Positions 58,414 to 64,000 of a stretch of 64,000 nucleotides of DNA are shown here, piece after piece. The notes under the pieces were generated by a model, which was given only the letters and a program-made list of their open reading frames with translations, had not been told where the DNA came from and did no database searches. The DNA comes from an uncultured Gammaproteobacteria bacterium (GTDB lineage Bacteria; Pseudomonadota; Gammaproteobacteria; Steroidobacterales; UBA11654). Each line of letters starts with the position of its first letter. Positions within the stretch are counted from its first letter, which is position 1. Made by a program: the position numbers and the translations under genes. The DNA is taken from NCBI GenBank assembly GCA_902595845.1, contig CACJRN010000001.1, forward strand, positions 134,326 through 198,325, given 5' to 3'.

Positions 58414-59599
58414 TTCTTATTCCTCTACTAATTGTGTTCGGTAATACCGAGTCATCCCACTCCATTTGACCAGCACCCGTTCTCACTATAACCAATTTTT
58501 TTGAAGGAATAACATAAACTCTTTGTCCACCAAAACCATCTAGATAAATGATGTCCTTATCATCAAAGGGTTCTCCATGGATTCCTGTTGCAGTGCTTTT
58601 GGGATTATAGATTCTATTTTCTTGGTGCTCTGTCCCAAGCCAAGTCAGGTAACCATAGTTTGGATTTGTGATGGATGGTGTTTTCATTTCGTTTATCCAT
58701 GACTTTGATACTATTTGTTCATCTTTGAATTTGCCTTCATTGAGAATAATGGTCCCTATTCTCAACCAATCTCTTGCAGTTGCGTTGAGACAGCAATATG
58801 TTCTTGGCATTTGATTTTTATCTGAATCCAGAACCACTGATGCATCATCTTGTGCGACCTTTTGCCATATTTTTTCAGATAAAAGATCAGCATATCTCTT
58901 ATCGTATGCTCGTTGAAGCAATAAACCCAAGTTCTGAGGATTTACACCGTTGTATTCAAATATTTCATTGGGTTGTCGGTAGGCTAATTGGCGAAGTGTC
59001 ATTTTTGTTACATCTTCACCAAGCATCAGTTGATTAAATTCACTAAGTGGGTGGAATGAAAATTCTGGGTAATCAAGACCACTCGACTGTTGCAGCAAAT
59101 GTTTTATTGTAATCTGATTTCTAGAGTCATCTCTCCATTCGATGAGATGTTTTGAAGCAGGCTCATTGACGCTCTCAATGATGCCTTCATCAATTGCAAT
59201 CCCAACCATCATTGCTAACACTGTTTTATGCATCGACTGAGTGTCACTGATTGTTTCGGCATTATAGTCATCAAAATATTTCTCAAGAATGATTTCATCA
59301 TTCTGATATATCAAAAGGGCATGAGACCCCATCTTTTCTGAAAATTCGATTGCTGCCTCTATAGACTCATCTGATATATTTTTTGGCGAGCCACTATTTA
59401 TGAAAACAGCATTGCTTGCTTTAACTGTTTCAAGTTCACCTGTTGGTTCACCCATTATCATCGATGTAATTCTGGTCATTACAGTTGGGCTTTGAAAATA
59501 GAGGTATCCAATATAGGCAGACACTAAAAAAACCACTGAGATGAAAATCTTGACGATGAGTTTAATTAATTTGAAGAACATCAAAGTATCATAGCTCAC
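58406..59599 (-). CDS. Membrane-anchored beta-lactamase-fold serine hydrolase (paralog 1)
   Basis: 397 aa. N-terminal TM helix, S-x-x-K motif SMHK, HLLQQSSGL. Colinear with the downstream paralog, which it overlaps by 8 nt. Confidence 0.8.
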   Translation of the reverse strand: MSYDTLMFFKLIKLIVKIFISVVFLVSAYIGYLYFQSPTVMTRITSMIMGEPTGELETVKASNAVFINSGSPKNISDESIEAAIEFSEKMGSHALLIYQNDEIILEKYFDDYNAETISDTQSMHKTVLAMMVGIAIDEGIIESVNEPASKHLIEWRDDSRNQITIKHLLQQSSGLDYPEFSFHPLSEFNQLMLGEDVTKMTLRQLAYRQPNEIFEYNGVNPQNLGLLLQRAYDKRYADLLSEKIWQKVAQDDASVVLDSDKNQMPRTYCCLNATARDWLRIGTIILNEGKFKDEQIVSKSWINEMKTPSITNPNYGYLTWLGTEHQENRIYNPKSTATGIHGEPFDDKDIIYLDGFGGQRVYVIPSKKLVIVRTGAGQMEWDDSVLPNTISRGIRND

Positions 59600-59707
59600 T
59601 TTTTAACTTCCATCACTCTAGAACAAGAGAATGAATCAGTAACTTTCGTTTATAAAAAAAAGTAATATAATTCTTTATATAAATAAATAGTTATATAGAT
59701 TGGATCC

Positions 59708-60706
59708 ATGACATTAACACAGCTCAAATATCTCATATCAGTTGTTGATAATAAGCTCAACATCAGTAAAGCTGCAGAATTATCAAATACCAGTCAACCC
59801 GGCATAAGTAAGCAGGTTAAGTTACTAGAAGATGAGCTTGGCGCATATCTTTTTATCAGAAAAGGCAAAAAGATCGAATCACTGACTCCTCTTGGTGAGA
59901 GGGTGACGACTTATGCAAGAAAGATTCTCCAAGATGTTGAAAATATTAAAGTGATTGGAAATCAAATATCTAAAGTAGATGAGGGCGTCATGACGGTTGC
60001 TGCAACATCTGCTCAAGCGAGATATGTTCTTCCAGAAGTGATTAAAACTTTCAAGCAAGATTATCCAAAGATTAAATTGGAACTGAAGCTCGGATCATCT
60101 GAGCAAATATTAGAAATGGTGAAAAATAATGAAGTTGATTTTGCAATCGCAACAGATTTGATTGATCTAACTGATGAGCTTGTTCTTTTGCCAGCCTATC
60201 ATTGGTTTAATGCAATTATTGCACCTTTGGATCACCCTTTAAAAAAGCATATGAAAAATCTAACCATTAAACGGATTGCTAAGGAGCCTCTTGTGACATA
60301 TGCATTCAGCGTTGGTCCTGACACCTCTTTCACGGAAACCTTTAAGAAAAATAAGCTTGATCCAAATATTGTCTTTGCAGCCAGAGATGCAGATATCATT
60401 AAGACATATGTGAAGATGGGTATGGGTGTTGGGGTCATATCTGGAATGGCTTATGAATGTGATGACAATGAAGAGTTCATTGCCATTAGTGGTGAGAATA
60501 TTTTTCCAAAATGCACAACCTATTTTGGCTTTCGACGTGGAATGGTCCTCAGTCGTTATGCAATGAGTTTCATCAACTTATTTTCAGAGCATCTCACGCC
60601 AAGTATTGTCAATAATGCTGCATCCACAAAAACTCAAGCAGAGGTTGATAACTTATTTAAAAAGATTAAGCTTCCTGTGAAAGGCGGGTGTGATCAAATT
60701 AAATAA
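59708..60706 (+). CDS. cysB: LysR-family transcriptional regulator, CysB-like
   Basis: 332 aa, colinear with E. coli CysB over the whole length: LNISKAAE..TSQPGISKQVKLLEDELG, TSAQARYVLP, DFAIAT, LPAYHWF, PLVTYAF, DADIIKTYVKMGMGVGVISGMA, FKKIKLP. Confidence 0.8.
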   Translation: MTLTQLKYLISVVDNKLNISKAAELSNTSQPGISKQVKLLEDELGAYLFIRKGKKIESLTPLGERVTTYARKILQDVENIKVIGNQISKVDEGVMTVAATSAQARYVLPEVIKTFKQDYPKIKLELKLGSSEQILEMVKNNEVDFAIATDLIDLTDELVLLPAYHWFNAIIAPLDHPLKKHMKNLTIKRIAKEPLVTYAFSVGPDTSFTETFKKNKLDPNIVFAARDADIIKTYVKMGMGVGVISGMAYECDDNEEFIAISGENIFPKCTTYFGFRRGMVLSRYAMSFINLFSEHLTPSIVNNAASTKTQAEVDNLFKKIKLPVKGGCDQIK

Positions 60707-60718
60707 GAGCAATCAATA

Positions 60719-61603
60719 TTGAAAGACAGAACGACATTAGTGGCCATTGGCTATTTTCTTTTTGCCGTCTTTTTGATGGCAGTATTGGACATCATTGCAA
60801 AGATACTTCTTTATGATTATTCAGTGTTCCAATTGACTTTTCTTCGTGGGCTTTTCTCTCTTATTATCCTCGCGTTAATAGGTCTGAATATGGGAGGAGT
60901 TAAATCATTCAAGACAAAAATACCTGGATGGCATTTTCTTAGAACATGCCTGATGTCATTATCTTCCTATACTTTTTTTGCAGCTCTTGCGCTTCTTCCA
61001 TTGGTCAATATCATGGTCATTGTTTTTATTGCTCCAATCATCATCACCGCATTGTCTGGACCACTGCTGAAAGAAGACGTAGGGATATGGCGTTGGAGTG
61101 CAGTTCTGATTGGTTTCTTTGGGGTAATTGTGATTCTCCAACCCAGTGCCGAATTTAGCTCAACTGGAACAATTTATGCTGTGATAGGAGTGATTACTTA
61201 TTCTTTAACTGCTTTAACTGCTAGAAAATTATCAGATAGAGAATCTGCATCTAATCTCAGTTTCTATATATTTATCGGCCCGACCCTGCTTGGTGCAATA
61301 GGCAGTTACTATAGCTGGATTCCATTGAATTCTTGGGATTTCTTTTTATTCTTTCTCACTGGATTGACGGGTGGGTTGGCATTCATTTTCTTTAATCTTG
61401 CATTACAGAAAGCCGAAGCCTCTCTTTTGACATCATTTGAATATACAGGACTCATTTGGGCGTCTCTTGCCGGTTACTTTATATTTAATGAAATTGTGGA
61501 TTCAAGAGTATGGTTGGGTGCCGCAATAATAATTATGTGCGGCATTGTTATTCTTTTCAGAGAGTCAAGATTAGCGAAAACAAATGAGAATTCTGCTGAC
61601 TAA
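60719..61603 (+). CDS. DMT-superfamily (EamA-like) transporter
   Basis: 294 aa, 10 TM helices as two 5-TM EamA repeats. TTG start. Confidence 0.78.
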   Translation: MKDRTTLVAIGYFLFAVFLMAVLDIIAKILLYDYSVFQLTFLRGLFSLIILALIGLNMGGVKSFKTKIPGWHFLRTCLMSLSSYTFFAALALLPLVNIMVIVFIAPIIITALSGPLLKEDVGIWRWSAVLIGFFGVIVILQPSAEFSSTGTIYAVIGVITYSLTALTARKLSDRESASNLSFYIFIGPTLLGAIGSYYSWIPLNSWDFFLFFLTGLTGGLAFIFFNLALQKAEASLLTSFEYTGLIWASLAGYFIFNEIVDSRVWLGAAIIIMCGIVILFRESRLAKTNENSAD

Positions 61604-61660
61604 AAAGCTATAATTTATTTCTCAAATCACTCATTTAATATTTAATCTCAGAGAGAAATA

Positions 61661-62659
61661 ATGGATCAAAAAAACAGAGATAAAGCACTTGAATCAGCGC
61701 TTAGCAATATAGAAAAACAATTCGGCAAAGGATCACTTATGAAGTTAGGTGATGATTCTGTTGATCAATCAATAGAGGCGATATCAACAGGTTCAATTGG
61801 CCTAGATGCTGCATTGGGAATAGGCGGTCTTCCAAAGGGTCGAGTGGTAGAGATTTATGGCCCAGAATCATCAGGAAAAACAACACTTACTTTGCAAGTT
61901 GTTGCAGAATGTCAAAAAGCAGGTGGAACAGCAGCATTTATTGATGCTGAGCACGCTCTAGATCCAGTTTATGCTGAGAAAATTGGAGTAAACACAACAG
62001 ATTTCTTGGTCTCACAGCCAGATACGGGTGAACAGGCTCTGGAGATCACTGACATGTTGGTCGCTTCTGGAGCTGTCGATTTGATTGTCATTGACTCTGT
62101 CGCAGCACTTACACCTAGGGCGGAGATCGAGGGTGAGATGGGAGATTCTCACGTTGGTTTACAAGCTCGATTGATGTCTCAGGCTCTTAGAAAGTTGACA
62201 GCAAATATAAAAAAATCAAATACCATGGTGATTTTTATTAATCAGATCAGAATGAAAATCGGCGTCATGTTTGGAAGTCCTGAGACAACAACTGGAGGAA
62301 ACGCACTGAAATTTTATTCCTCCGTCAGATTGGATATTAGAAGAATTGGTGCCATTAAGAAGGGTGACGAGATAGTCGGTAATCAGACCCGAGTCAAAGT
62401 GGTTAAGAATAAAGTTTCTCCACCATTCAGAATTGCAGAATTTGAAATTCTATATGGTCATGGAATATCCACAGAGGGAGAGATCATTGATATGGGAGTG
62501 GAGAATAATTTAATAGAGAAGTCTGGGTCATGGTACAGCTATGATGGAGACCGAATAGGTCAAGGCAAAGAAAATGTTAGAGAATTCTTAGCTGATAATC
62601 CCAAGATAGCCAAAGCGTTGGCAAAAAAAATTCGCCAGGAAATCATTAAGAAAAAATAA
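61661..62659 (+). CDS. recA: Recombinase RecA
   Basis: 332 aa. [12 protein letters not shown], Walker [36 protein letters not shown]. Confidence 0.98.
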   Translation: MDQKNRDKALESALSNIEKQFGKGSLMKLGDDSVDQSIEAISTGSIGLDAALGIGGLPKGRVVEIYGPESSGKTTLTLQVVAECQKAGGTAAFIDAEHALDPVYAEKIGVNTTDFLVSQPDTGEQALEITDMLVASGAVDLIVIDSVAALTPRAEIEGEMGDSHVGLQARLMSQALRKLTANIKKSNTMVIFINQIRMKIGVMFGSPETTTGGNALKFYSSVRLDIRRIGAIKKGDEIVGNQTRVKVVKNKVSPPFRIAEFEILYGHGISTEGEIIDMGVENNLIEKSGSWYSYDGDRIGQGKENVREFLADNPKIAKALAKKIRQEIIKKK

Positions 62660-62683
62660 TCTTTTAATCAACGCCAGATAACT

Positions 62684-63178
62684 TTGACCGAAAAGATCAC
62701 TGATCCAAAAAAAACCAGGAAGAGGGCGATGGATCTCCTTGCTCGGAGAGAACATTCACGCCTCGAACTTTATCAAAAACTTAAGCAAAAAAAATTCGAA
62801 CCAAATATCATCAATGCTGAGCTGGATAAATTATCTGATGAGGGTTTGCAGAGCGATGAAAGATTTGCCGAAGCATTCTTGAGATCTCGAATTGATAAGG
62901 GCAAAGGCCCAAATATTATTCTCTCTGAGCTATTGCAAAGAGGCGTTGACGAACTACTTGTTTCAAATGTCCTAGACAGTATATCTGAAGGGCAATGGTG
63001 TGAGTTGGCTTATGAGACAATGAACAAAAAGTTGGGGAATGAGTCAGAACTTGATTATGATAAGCAATTGAAGTTAATGAAGTTTTTAAACAACAGAGGA
63101 TTTAAACGAAGCCAGATAGAAAGAGCAAAAATTCTATTGAGTGAGAAAAGCACTATAAGATCAAATGAAAACGAATGA
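62684..63178 (+). CDS. recX: RecA regulator RecX
   Basis: 164 aa. [15 protein letters not shown] and the tandem helical repeat pattern. Conserved position after recA. TTG start. Confidence 0.82.
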   Translation: MTEKITDPKKTRKRAMDLLARREHSRLELYQKLKQKKFEPNIINAELDKLSDEGLQSDERFAEAFLRSRIDKGKGPNIILSELLQRGVDELLVSNVLDSISEGQWCELAYETMNKKLGNESELDYDKQLKLMKFLNNRGFKRSQIERAKILLSEKSTIRSNENE

Positions 63179-64000
63179 AATAAGAAAAGCATTTATCAAA
63201 TTCTTTGAGTCGGAAGGGCATCAAAGCATCAAGAGTTCGCCTCTGATTCCTGCAAATGATCCGACACTTTTGTTTACAAACGCTGGAATGGTTCAGTTCA
63301 AGGACATTTTTTTAGGAAAAGAAGATCAAGGTTTCACAAAAGCAGTCAGTGCTCAGAGATGTTTAAGAGCAGGTGGTAAGCACAATGATCTTGAAAATGT
63401 TGGCTATACATCACGTCATCACACTTTCTTTGAAATGCTTGGCAACTTTAGTTTTGGAGACTACTTTAAAGAGGATGCAATCCAATTGGCATGGGATTTC
63501 ATTACCAATGAACTCAAACTTGAAAAGGATCGTCTTTGGGTAACCATTTTTGAAGATGATGATGAGGCTGCAAGCATTTGGCTTGAAAAGATTGGAGTAT
63601 CAGCTGATAGACTTGTTCGACTGGGTGAAAAGTCTAACTTTTGGTCTATGGGTGATACTGGACCATGCGGTCCTTGTAGCGAGATATTTTATGATCATGG
63701 AGATCATATCGATGGCGGTCCTCCTGGATCAGATGATGAAGATGGCGATCGTTTCGTAGAAATTTGGAATCTTGTTTTCATGCAATTTGATAGACAAGCA
63801 AATGGGGAGCTTATTAACTTGCCAGAACCATCAGTTGATACAGGCATGGGATTAGAGCGAATTGCAGCAGTGATGCAAGGTGTAAGCAGTAACTATGATA
63901 TTGATTTGTTTCAAAAAATAATTGCTGCAATAAAAAACCAATCACAAAAAGGGGAGGAGAGTCACTATAGAGTCATCGCTGATCATATTCGATCCTCTTC
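63165..64000 (+). CDS. alaS: Alanine--tRNA ligase (5' partial, runs off the window)
   Basis: Not in the ORF track because there is no stop in the window. Reading from the ATG at 63165 gives [47 protein letters not shown]...[38 protein letters not shown], the canonical AlaS N-terminus. It overlaps the recX end by 14 nt. Confidence 0.95.
   Translation, partial: MKTNEIRKAFIKFFESEGHQSIKSSPLIPANDPTLLFTNAGMVQFKDIFLGKEDQGFTKAVSAQRCLRAGGKHNDLENVGYTSRHHTFFEMLGNFSFGDYFKEDAIQLAWDFITNELKLEKDRLWVTIFEDDDEAASIWLEKIGVSADRLVRLGEKSNFWSMGDTGPCGPCSEIFYDHGDHIDGGPPGSDDEDGDRFVEIWNLVFMQFDRQANGELINLPEPSVDTGMGLERIAAVMQGVSSNYDIDLFQKIIAAIKNQSQKGEESHYRVIADHIRSS

Noticed and set aside
1-64000. A search for CRISPR arrays, IS elements or transposases, integrases, prophage genes, tRNA, rRNA or long tandem repeats.
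   Set aside because: None was found. Intergenic spacers are all 330 nt or shorter and are accounted for by promoters, leaders or terminators. No ORF shows transposase, integrase or phage signatures.

Overview
This is a gene-dense, AT-rich window with almost no non-coding DNA. Many neighbouring genes overlap by 4 or 8 nt. Conserved gene neighbourhoods (recA-recX-alaS, tkt-gap/epd-pgk, metK-ahcY) plus cysB, mpl, waaA and tolC point to a streamlined gammaproteobacterium. The two TonB-dependent receptors, vitamin-salvage genes and a B12-dependent RNR suggest a marine planktonic lineage, but that is inference only. Most genes are housekeeping: a split class II RNR with NrdR boxes, LPS and TolC genes, an H+-pyrophosphatase next to a PPi-type phosphofructokinase, the methyl cycle, central carbon metabolism, GlnS, RecA/RecX and AlaS. 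Accessory content includes a TPP-riboswitch-controlled thiamine salvage operon (TonB receptor, PnuT-like permease, ThiK-like kinase) that runs straight into metY, an alpha/beta hydrolase and metA. It also includes a hydantoinase-like/FAD-oxidase pair and tandem membrane-anchored beta-lactamase-fold hydrolases. The strongest candidate for something undescribed lies at about 46.5-55.9 kb. It is a Tat-exported Nar-type (type II DMSO-reductase family) molybdoenzyme operon. Its gene order is alpha, chaperone, beta, and no heme-b gamma subunit is present. It is followed by a 14-TM MFS permease with an extra 15th helix and a C-terminal CxxCH cytochrome c domain, then a second MFS, a cysteine hydrolase and a deacetylase-fold protein. 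A strong terminator closes the unit, and moeA lies divergently upstream. I found no rRNA, tRNA, CRISPR array, IS element or integrase. All calls rest on reading the translations and the DNA by eye. No database search was run.
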